The notes under the pieces are model-generated. The model ran no database searches, was not told where the DNA came from, and worked only from the letters and a program-made list of their open reading frames with translations. Below, in pieces: positions 56,583 through 64,000 of a DNA stretch of 64,000 bases. This stretch comes from a virus (taxonomy: Duplodnaviria > Caudoviricetes). The position numbers and the translations under genes are program-made. The stretch's first letter is position 1, and the number at the start of each line of letters is the position of its first letter. The stretch lies in IMG/VR virus record IMGVR_UViG_3300018430_000021, positions 160,001 through 224,000 of that record; one strand, given 5' to 3'.

Positions 56583-57002
56583 CTAGAACATCTGGCCGAC
56601 AGCTTCGATATAGATTTCGAACCAGTATTTATCTTGTTCATCCTTTCTCAGCTTAACGATGAGTTTCGGAGAGATGATTTCCGGATTATCTTCCAATAAG
56701 TACATGTTGACTTCTTCGGTCAATATTCCTGCATCATCGTAATAGGTATTATTTTCCAGATGTTCTGTTTCGTCATATTGCCAGTTACTTTCGTATTTCT
56801 CGATAAGGTCTGTACAGACTTTATATATTACTTCGAGAAGCGAACCTGCGGAAACCGGATCCTCGTCTGTACCTGACCATTGCAGTTTAAGCCTACGGGC
56901 CAAATCAACCGCACTGTCAAGTTCAAAAGCTTCTACGGATTCAATCAATATGTTATGCCATTTATTCCAATCAATAGTCATGTTAACCTCGGTTTTCTCC
57001 AA
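56583..57002 (-). CDS. Acidic hypothetical protein
   Basis: 139-aa ORF in the early operon. Confidence 0.6.
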   Translation of the reverse strand: MEKTEVNMTIDWNKWHNILIESVEAFELDSAVDLARRLKLQWSGTDEDPVSAGSLLEVIYKVCTDLIEKYESNWQYDETEHLENNTYYDDAGILTEEVNMYLLEDNPEIISPKLIVKLRKDEQDKYWFEIYIEAVGQMF

Positions 57003-57382
57003 ACCATATGTCCGTCTTCTTCTTCGACGAACCTTCTTTTTTCATAAAATATTTTGCTTTCTGGTAATGTCGTAAGGTCGATATAATTATGGTCTTCCTT
57101 CAGTCGGTCAATCATTTTTCTTCCGATGGATTCACAACGGTTATTCGGATGTACTTCGAGAGAATATACATGTATATTTTCAGGAGTTCTTTCTTCGAAT
57201 ATCATAATGGCCAACGGATGTGTTACTTCCTGACTGATAAGGAACCTGATAACGATACCTTCTGTATCTATAAATTGTTTAGCACATTTAAAGGATAACG
57301 GAAAACTGTCCGGGTCTATAAGGCCCAGGCATTCCCTAGTAAACGGAAGGTCTTTCAAATATCGCATATTACGGTTTATCAA
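56978..57382 (-). CDS. GNAT-family acetyltransferase
   Basis: HVYSLEVHPNNRCESIGRKMI (motif A) and SKIFYEKRRF (motif B). Confidence 0.8.
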   Translation of the reverse strand: MINRNMRYLKDLPFTRECLGLIDPDSFPLSFKCAKQFIDTEGIVIRFLISQEVTHPLAIMIFEERTPENIHVYSLEVHPNNRCESIGRKMIDRLKEDHNYIDLTTLPESKIFYEKRRFVEEEDGHMVWRKPRLT

Positions 57383-57489
57383 ACGGACGTGTAAAGAAGT
57401 CCATTATCCAGCTAAATATGATAAAAATAACTACCATGAGAAATCCGATAATAGCTACCGGAAACATGGCAACATCTACAAGAAATTCT

Positions 57490-57702
57490 TTAACTTTTGG
57501 CATTTAATTCTTCCCTACATTGCTTGAGTACCTTTTCGAATTCGCCGGACTGTATTGCTTCGTGGAGAATGTGGCTTACAAGGTCTTCAACGGTAATACC
57601 TTTTTCATCAGCTTCTTTTTGAAGCTTTTCATAAAGTTCATCAGGAAGGTCAAACGACAATACATCTGTGTTTTCATTATTCTGCATCTGGATTTTCCTC
57701 AT
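57490..57702 (-). CDS. Ribbon-helix-helix DNA-binding protein
   Basis: LSFDLPDELYEKLQKEADEKGITVEDLVSHIL. Confidence 0.7.
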   Translation of the reverse strand: MRKIQMQNNENTDVLSFDLPDELYEKLQKEADEKGITVEDLVSHILHEAIQSGEFEKVLKQCREELNAKS

Positions 57703-58039
57703 CTATCGGCATTAGAACGCCGGTTCGCATGTTTTGATAAAATTTTTTACTGTAAGCTTTTCTTACTTTAGAATAATATTCTGAATCATGTTGTGCGTAT
57801 GGATTTGCCCAAACAAGTAAATACCGAACATTCTGTAGGTCTCTACGACATACAGGACATTCGGTAATAGGAGTTATACTTCCATTAACATCGAAATACC
57901 ATGGGTTTTCGTCTGTACCACGATAGAATAGGCATTTTTTAGCTTTGGTGTCATCGCGTTTGAACGTTTTAAACCAAAGCCTTGTAGTGGCATCCCATGG
58001 GCCAGACTTATATTGTATGGTTTCGCAATACTCACACAT
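57677..58039 (-). CDS. Zinc-binding hypothetical protein
   Basis: MCEYC...CPVCRRDL. Confidence 0.65.
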   Translation of the reverse strand: MCEYCETIQYKSGPWDATTRLWFKTFKRDDTKAKKCLFYRGTDENPWYFDVNGSITPITECPVCRRDLQNVRYLLVWANPYAQHDSEYYSKVRKAYSKKFYQNMRTGVLMPIDEENPDAE

Positions 58040-58040
58040 C

Positions 58041-58904
58041 TTATCCCCATTTTTCTACTTCTTTCCGAATATCTTCATTGGCTAAGGCATGACTTATATA
58101 AGTACGAACCTGCCTGAAGAACTCCTGCTCTGTAACAGGTCGTTCTTGTTTGTGACCATAAACTAAATCGTCAAGTTTTTCGGAAAACGCTTCCAGAGAC
58201 AATTTTTTCGGGTATTTGCGTTTTCTAAACCAGTCATCGATGTCTTTTCTGGTAACATCGGTCGGGATAGCGATTTTTTCACGTTTCATCCAGTCTTCGT
58301 GATGGTCGTTGAAATCCCAGTCGATAACACGGTCAAACCCGAAGTTGTTGAGCATTCCGTCCATGGTTTTCGGACCAAGGTTACGGAGAACTTCCATAAT
58401 TTCGGCAGCATGTTCAAGAGTAAGATACTGGTCGAAATATTTGAATTTATTCATCAAACGAATACGGTAGAGCTGGTCACGTTTTGCTTCCAGTTTATCG
58501 TAGTTTTCTGAACTAAAGTCATAAAGTTTTCCATACGGCTGTTCGTCGAAAATGATGTCGTTTACTCGAAGCAATACTTCTTCGACGTCCATATAACGAG
58601 CGAGAGCTTTAAGGAAAGCTTTGGTTTCACGTGCCGTTTCTTCAAATTCGCGGTCACGCAAAGAACCAATAACAGTAATCACACCGTTATCGTAACCGTC
58701 AGCGTTGTCTGAAGAATACGACGACGCATGCTGGGTCGCATAAACGGAAGTTTCGATTGGACCTTCAGAACCGGTAATATTAAATCCACGTTTTTCCATA
58801 TCACGAAGAGCCCAGTTGACATAATCAACAAGACGATCTTTGCGAACCGTTTCAAACGGAAGGCGAATTCTGACAATACCACTTATATACGTCCAATGAC
58901 TCAT
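58041..58904 (-). CDS. Hypothetical phage protein
   Basis: MSHWT...GSEG...GSLRDR. Promoter at 58928-58956. Confidence 0.7.
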   Translation of the reverse strand: MSHWTYISGIVRIRLPFETVRKDRLVDYVNWALRDMEKRGFNITGSEGPIETSVYATQHASSYSSDNADGYDNGVITVIGSLRDREFEETARETKAFLKALARYMDVEEVLLRVNDIIFDEQPYGKLYDFSSENYDKLEAKRDQLYRIRLMNKFKYFDQYLTLEHAAEIMEVLRNLGPKTMDGMLNNFGFDRVIDWDFNDHHEDWMKREKIAIPTDVTRKDIDDWFRKRKYPKKLSLEAFSEKLDDLVYGHKQERPVTEQEFFRQVRTYISHALANEDIRKEVEKWG

Positions 58905-58960
58905 TATATTTCCTTTTGTTTTAGCAAAATATAATAAAAACTATTCGGTTTGTAAACCCT

Positions 58961-59287
58961 TTAGAATGTAGCGTTAGCAAATTCGTTAAATAATTTAAGT
59001 TTTTCAAATGTTACGAATACAATATCGCCATTATTATATTTGAACATTATATAAGAACAGATTTCATTATTATTCTGAGATAAAGCGACATACGGATCTG
59101 CTGCAACCGGAATAGCAGGACTTTCTGGAAATGCCTGAAATAAATTGAAGTTATCTACCTTAGCTATTAAATAATGCGAGCCAGAACTAAGGTCTTTTGG
59201 TTCACGAGACAATACACTAAATACAGTAAACAAATCCGGAGTCATATAAATGCACATGACTTTAGAATAGTCAATGTGACTATCCAC
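58961..59287 (-). CDS. Hypothetical protein
   Basis: 108-aa ORF. Confidence 0.45.
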   Translation of the reverse strand: MDSHIDYSKVMCIYMTPDLFTVFSVLSREPKDLSSGSHYLIAKVDNFNLFQAFPESPAIPVAADPYVALSQNNNEICSYIMFKYNNGDIVFVTFEKLKLFNEFANATF

Positions 59288-59404
59288 GAATTTAAGAATA
59301 CCGTTAAATCTTTCGCTACTTCACCGAGATTTCTTTTTCTTGAAAATCTTATTAAACCACGATTTTTCCGGATCTTTATACTTATATCGAATAATTTTCA
59401 TCAT

Positions 59405-59647
59405 TTACTCCTGTGAGCGGTGCTTAGGGTAGTCAAGATACGGCGGAAAATCTTTGCAAGAAGGATGAGAAGTATCAATCCACTCGCTGTTTTTATTCGG
59501 TTGTATAACCGGCTGTTTATCGTTAGAGTTATTTTTCTCATCAAATACCCCGAGGCGTTGAAGTTCTACAAATTCTGCAGGAGTGCAGGTAATTACTGTA
59601 TTATTTCCAATCATTACTGTCATATTAAATATCCCATTTTGTAACAA
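59405..59647 (-). CDS. Hypothetical protein
   Basis: Short ORF in the early operon. Confidence 0.5.
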   Translation of the reverse strand: MLQNGIFNMTVMIGNNTVITCTPAEFVELQRLGVFDEKNNSNDKQPVIQPNKNSEWIDTSHPSCKDFPPYLDYPKHRSQE

Positions 59648-60119
59648 TGTCGTTAAAATCGTTTTTAGCGGTTTCGATTAATTCCATTGCTTTTTCTTTT
59701 GTGATAATTTCATCGATTTGGTCTTCACGTATATCATATTGTTCATCTTCAAGATAACTTACGTAAACAGAACCCCAATCATTTGCTGTAAGGTGTGAGA
59801 ATTGCCGGTAGTCATCGTCAAACTTAATATGAACACCTTTGACTTTACATCTGAAAAAACCTCTACCGGCAAATACAATTTCTATGATATGGATAATCTC
59901 CATATCCTTTTTGTTTACTGTACTAAAAGCCTTGCGGACATTACGTCCATATTTGAGCAGATACGTATCTTTATACTTGTTTTCAAGCTTAGCCTTACAC
60001 TTGAATGCCTTTGACTCTTTAACTTGCTGGAGGCACTTATCTGCGTACTCACGGAGCTCTCTGAGGTCATCCTCGTTTGTAATAGCTTTAATCTTGGTTT
60101 TTAAATCGTTTACCGCCAT
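59625..60119 (-). CDS. Hypothetical protein
   Basis: GAGGA SD, 164 aa. Confidence 0.65.
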   Translation of the reverse strand: MAVNDLKTKIKAITNEDDLRELREYADKCLQQVKESKAFKCKAKLENKYKDTYLLKYGRNVRKAFSTVNKKDMEIIHIIEIVFAGRGFFRCKVKGVHIKFDDDYRQFSHLTANDWGSVYVSYLEDEQYDIREDQIDEIITKEKAMELIETAKNDFNDIVTKWDI

Positions 60120-60331
60120 AAATCCTCTAATTCAGATAAAAATAACTTACGGTCGCAGTTAATTTCGAGAATACAAGGTTCTGAGTCAACCTTATGTCCG
60201 TCATGATTATTCAACGGGGTAATACCGCTAACGGCTCGGCACTCCTTGCCCCAAGCGGTATTAATCCCGATAGCAATCTGTGGATTCCCTTTAATTTTCT
60301 GTAATTCAGCGATAAGTTCTTCTTTATTCAT
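60110..60331 (-). CDS. Hypothetical protein
   Basis: MNKEELIAELQK start, typical of small phage proteins. Confidence 0.55.
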   Translation of the reverse strand: MNKEELIAELQKIKGNPQIAIGINTAWGKECRAVSGITPLNNHDGHKVDSEPCILEINCDRKLFLSELEDLWR

Positions 60332-60332
60332 A

Positions 60333-60656
60333 TTAAATCGTACTCCAATGCTGAACAAGACCGATAATCATGAGCACCAGCATCGGAGAACAATAGAAGA
60401 AATGAACTACGCCCTTAGCCGGATTGCCGGTAAGAATATTGATAAAGCTTCCGATAATGCCGAGTAACATACCAGTTGCCCAGATGACACCGATAACGAA
60501 CAGCGTCATTCCGCCGAAATAAAGCGCGGCGACCACGGAACCGATGGTGATGAGACTCGCGACAAATCCGGTAGCAGAACCTTTTTCACCGAAGAGCTCA
60601 CGGAGCATACCGAGAATTTGAACACCGAGAATGATATAGAGAAGAACTGTAATCAT
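60333..60656 (-). CDS. Four-TM membrane protein
   Basis: Hydrophobic throughout. Promoter at 60684-60712, AAGGA SD. Confidence 0.7.
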   Translation of the reverse strand: MITVLLYIILGVQILGMLRELFGEKGSATGFVASLITIGSVVAALYFGGMTLFVIGVIWATGMLLGIIGSFINILTGNPAKGVVHFFYCSPMLVLMIIGLVQHWSTI

Positions 60657-60768
60657 GTTTTTTATTCCTTTTTGTTTGATTAAAATATAGTAAAAGTAAA
60701 CCAGGTTGTAAACCCTAAATTAGGTCTTTAACCTGGTAATTATTATTTAACGACCCAAAATAGGGACA

Positions 60769-61635
60769 TTAGACTGAACGGAACAGCCAATGTAGAATCT
60801 TCGGAATTCGATATAGATAACCGCGATTGACTGTCGGGCGGGTAAAGTATTCCACCTCGTTGCTTTTCAGAGTTGAATCAGTAGAATGCGTAACGTATTC
60901 GAAACCGTCGTTCTTGGCATACTTCTTCGTAAAAGAACTCTTGGTTTCAAACGTCGGAAATTGCGTAGACGTATGACATGCAATCTGATTACCCCGTGTA
61001 TCATATTCACGAGTAGTAATCATAAGGCAATGATGGAACGTATTATAATGAATTTCCTTGATTGCGTTGTTACCGGTATCTTCATAAACATATTCGTCAG
61101 TTGTATACCAGGTTCGGCCACGCTGCGTAGTTGTAGTCTTGTTATACAAATAACGACCGTATTCATCATATAATGTAATTGTATGGTCAACGAATTCGTT
61201 GTTATCACCATAACGCTGGGTTTTTTCTTCAACACGAGCGCCAGCATGACCTGCAAAATCGGTTTCTTTTTCGGTATAAGTACCGTCTTCATTAAAGTTA
61301 CGATACTTTACAACATTGCCTTCGTCATTGTAGAATGCAATAAAATGACAATCAAGACGACGCTTGCCATTGACATCGTACTTATAGCAGAATCGTTCAA
61401 CCGTATGAGTACCGTCTTCGGCATACGTAAGCTTATCAATATTGTCGATTTTACCGTTGGACGTATCGATAGTCATGATACGTCTGAATTTTTCATCATA
61501 AAGATTTCGTTCGACGCGAAGACGACCGACGAGATGATGCTTACGGCGAGTTACGAAATGTGAACCCGGAAGAAACCATTGGGTTTCAATGGGAGTCAGC
61601 TTAGATACACAGAGATTCTGGAGAAATTTAAACAT
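60769..61635 (-). CDS. YD/RHS-like repeat protein
   Basis: YDVNGK, YNDEGN, YDEYGR and YDTRGN repeats. Promoter at 61664-61692. Confidence 0.65.
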   Translation of the reverse strand: MFKFLQNLCVSKLTPIETQWFLPGSHFVTRRKHHLVGRLRVERNLYDEKFRRIMTIDTSNGKIDNIDKLTYAEDGTHTVERFCYKYDVNGKRRLDCHFIAFYNDEGNVVKYRNFNEDGTYTEKETDFAGHAGARVEEKTQRYGDNNEFVDHTITLYDEYGRYLYNKTTTTQRGRTWYTTDEYVYEDTGNNAIKEIHYNTFHHCLMITTREYDTRGNQIACHTSTQFPTFETKSSFTKKYAKNDGFEYVTHSTDSTLKSNEVEYFTRPTVNRGYLYRIPKILHWLFRSV

Positions 61636-61698
61636 TGTATTGTTCCTTTTGGTTTATGCGTACAATATAGTAAAAGGATTGACTAGTGTCAACCCTTT

Positions 61699-62028
61699 TT
61701 ATTCAAGAACAGATAGAATCTCGGTCATTTCTTCATCATGCATCTTTTTAAGGTTTACTTCCCATTCTTTTAATATCATGTCTTCTGCTAATGAACGGGC
61801 TGTATATTTCTTAAACATTTCGCAATTATATTTGGTTGGATTGACGTCCATTCGTATAATGCTATAAATGACACCGCCTTTACATTCAAAATATGCAGGA
61901 ATATCCATATTTAGAATGTTATTATGAAGCCATAACTTTTTAGGTTTTGGACCCATGAAGCTATGTATCATTTCTTCAAGCGTATCTATTTCATCGGAAT
62001 GCTTTACTTTCCATTCATGTGTCGTCAT
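61699..62028 (-). CDS. Hypothetical protein
   Basis: 109 aa, overlapping the upstream stop codon. Confidence 0.55.
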   Translation of the reverse strand: MTTHEWKVKHSDEIDTLEEMIHSFMGPKPKKLWLHNNILNMDIPAYFECKGGVIYSIIRMDVNPTKYNCEMFKKYTARSLAEDMILKEWEVNLKKMHDEEMTEILSVLE

Positions 62029-62546
62029 GAGTTAATCAATGTCTCCACATCTTTAATGACACTTTTGAGGTCATGCTTTTTCTTTTTAGGTTCTTTTTCG
62101 GTATTGTCGAGTAACCAGTACGGAAGCTTGTAGAAGAAAAAGACAAAGATATTTCCAATCATAAACACGACATTAGTAACTAACCATCCGGTAAGCCTTA
62201 TAGTCATGTCAATAATAAGTGTCGGGTACATAAGTTGAGACGCTAAGAAATAAATCTTTCCAAGTCGTTTCTTTACTGGATTTTTTGATGTTTCCATACT
62301 TGTACCCAAGAAAAAGAATACAATATGTGCAGCAAAGTATACTACGGCAATAATACTTAAAATTCCCGGATGTGCAGGCCAGATGCGTTCTGGAACAGTA
62401 AGAATATATGGGGCATTATACCTAGCAATAGTATTTGCTAGCAATACGAGACCCAAATATACTGCCGTAATACCCCAGATAAAAGGTGGGCTGATAAAAT
62501 TACGGCTAAACGCCTCATTGATGTCTTTGAGTTTCATGTAGTACAT
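62025..62546 (-). CDS. Membrane protein
   Basis: Three to four TM segments. Confidence 0.65.
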   Translation of the reverse strand: MYYMKLKDINEAFSRNFISPPFIWGITAVYLGLVLLANTIARYNAPYILTVPERIWPAHPGILSIIAVVYFAAHIVFFFLGTSMETSKNPVKKRLGKIYFLASQLMYPTLIIDMTIRLTGWLVTNVVFMIGNIFVFFFYKLPYWLLDNTEKEPKKKKHDLKSVIKDVETLINS

Positions 62547-62562
62547 TTAGCCGTTCCTTTTA

Positions 62563-62769
62563 TTAGTCCTGGCAATCGCGGTTGATGATATACTTTTCCT
62601 TAATCTCGTCGGGTGCGTCGACGAGTTCAACCTTGATCTTGGTCTTATCGATTCCCTTGTCGGCCAGACCCAAAAGGGCAACAGCCTTGAGTTCGTCGTA
62701 CTCTTCATCCGTCGCGTTATCCGGAACGGTGAATTCGCCAACATTGTAAGTAATCTTGAATTTCTTCAT
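62563..62769 (-). CDS. Hypothetical protein
   Basis: AGGAG SD. Promoter at 62798-62826. Confidence 0.6.
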   Translation of the reverse strand: MKKFKITYNVGEFTVPDNATDEEYDELKAVALLGLADKGIDKTKIKVELVDAPDEIKEKYIINRDCQD

Positions 62770-62859
62770 ATTATTATCTCCTATTTTTTATGCTTTTAAT
62801 ATAGCAAAAAATATCGTCGATGTAAACCCTAAAAATAAAAGAGAACTTTTTAAGTTCTC

Positions 62860-63297
62860 TTACATATTTTCATCGACAAGTTTTTGTTTAAGCTCTTCCA
62901 TCTCGTTATCCAGGTTATTGACCATGTTTACCAGATGTTGCTTATGTTCAAGAATACCATTAATCTGCTCATTGTACTTGTCAATTTGCGCTTGATTTCG
63001 GGTCTTGTCGATTTTCTTTTTCAACTTATTGACTTCAATATCGGCCTGACGGATAGACTTGTCATAGTCCTGATGCCAATGTGTATTTGCGCCGTTAAAA
63101 TATGCGAACGTACCTTTAGAATTATGACCTGAAACACCTGGAGCTTGCCAGAGATAATCGAAAAGGTCTTCAACCTGTACAATTTCTACTTTTGTATTAA
63201 AATCATAGATAATATCCTTTTCGGTATCGAAAGTTTCCTTAAGAGTACCGTAAGAACATCTTCCCAAATCTCTAAAGCTCTTTAGCGTAAAAATCAT
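62860..63297 (-). CDS. Coiled-coil hypothetical protein
   Basis: 145 aa. Confidence 0.6.
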   Translation of the reverse strand: MIFTLKSFRDLGRCSYGTLKETFDTEKDIIYDFNTKVEIVQVEDLFDYLWQAPGVSGHNSKGTFAYFNGANTHWHQDYDKSIRQADIEVNKLKKKIDKTRNQAQIDKYNEQINGILEHKQHLVNMVNNLDNEMEELKQKLVDENM

Positions 63298-63566
63298 TAT
63301 TCTTCCCCATAAGTATAGATATATTCGCCGCGTAAGTTAACGGCAATATCAAGGAACTTCAAGCCTACCATTTTAACCGGCATACGCTTGTTTTCCTTAC
63401 ATGCCACCTTTGCGTAATGCTTCCACTTGACACCAGATACATAGTCGTTTTCAATCCACTGTGTAACTTCACAGCCGCTGCGACGTGCCGAAATCAGGAA
63501 GTCAAGCTTTACGTCAGCGAATGCCGACGCAAATGCAAGCAACGCAATCAATATTACTTTTTTCAT
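63297..63566 (-). CDS. Small secreted protein
   Basis: MKKVILIALLAFASAFA signal peptide and two Cys residues. Confidence 0.65.
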   Translation of the reverse strand: MKKVILIALLAFASAFADVKLDFLISARRSGCEVTQWIENDYVSGVKWKHYAKVACKENKRMPVKMVGLKFLDIAVNLRGEYIYTYGEE

Positions 63567-64000
63567 TTTTTGTCCTTCTTATCTTTCTTTTCTTTGTTTT
63601 CTAAAGTGTCACGATATGCTTTAATTTCATCGATAAATCCCTGACACATCATTGTTCGACCCTTTGCTTCGAGGTTTGGCAAGAAATCTTTAAAATGCCA
63701 TGTAATAAATGACCATGCATCAATCGCCGGATAATCGCCAGTAATTAAGTCTTTGTATTCTCTAGCAAATAACCCCTTAATATAGTTACGATATTCTATA
63801 AGAATATTCTGCTCCCAATCACTATGATGTTTTTCAACATCTGCAAGATAATTCATTGCAGTAAATGGAGTTAAGTGGACATAAGCAGAATGTTTGTCAT
63901 CATAATTACTAATACGTAATATATAATCCTTAAGATACGGTTCATCTACTAAGGCTTCACGGATTTTACAATATTTATTAATCGCACCTTTTATACCAGT
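63563..64000 (-). CDS. Hypothetical protein, 5' truncated
   Basis: The frame of the 63563-63856 ORF stays open to the window end (TGIKGAINKYCK...TAMNYLAD). Confidence 0.6.
   Translation of the reverse strand, partial: TGIKGAINKYCKIREALVDEPYLKDYILRISNYDDKHSAYVHLTPFTAMNYLADVEKHHSDWEQNILIEYRNYIKGLFAREYKDLITGDYPAIDAWSFITWHFKDFLPNLEAKGRTMMCQGFIDEIKAYRDTLENKEKKDKKDKK

Noticed and set aside
1-64000. Stop-codon reassignment (TAA/TAG) suggested by the leader TAA and UUA hairpin
   Set aside because: Conserved genes are full length in the standard code and end in TAA, TAG or TGA; no cloverleaf suppressor tRNA is present.

Overview
This is a 64 kb, AT-rich fragment of a large T4-like (myovirus or jumbo-type) lytic phage genome. 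The host is probably Fibrobacter or a related gut/rumen anaerobe. That is inferred from a 1493-aa cadherin-repeat protein with a Fibrobacter-type C-terminal module and from an anaerobic ribonucleotide reductase. Layout: 1-17.8 kb is a tail/baseplate module (tube-fold protein with CW_7-like repeats, gp15, gp7-like, gp53, tape-measure-like, gp25). 17.8-26 kb has glycosyltransferase-like genes, UvsW, SufE, NrdD, SemiSWEET and NrdG. 26-33 kb has tail fibre/adhesin genes. 33-50 kb has ClpP, TupA ATP-grasp, more glycosyltransferases, an amidase endolysin, HNH, SprT, probable internal head proteins (one ART-like) and the cadherin protein. 50-64 kb is an early region with many sigma70-like promoters and an RNA-gene operon. 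The main discovery is at 53.7-55.4 kb. A promoter, a short leader ORF and a trp-style attenuator precede a tRNA operon, and the leader codons (Tyr, Cys, Ser-TCN, Ile-ATY, Met) mirror the operon's anticodons (Tyr x2, Cys, CAT, Ile-GAT x2, Ser x3). This suggests a tRNA-depletion-sensing switch for phage tRNA supply. The operon also holds two architecturally non-canonical Ile(GAT) tRNA-like genes and several other structured tRNA-mimic RNAs. A separate ~165-nt structured ncRNA with its own promoter lies at ~51 kb. Many genes appear to be leaderless (TATAAATA-N4-ATG). All calls come from reading motifs and base pairing by eye; no searches were run.
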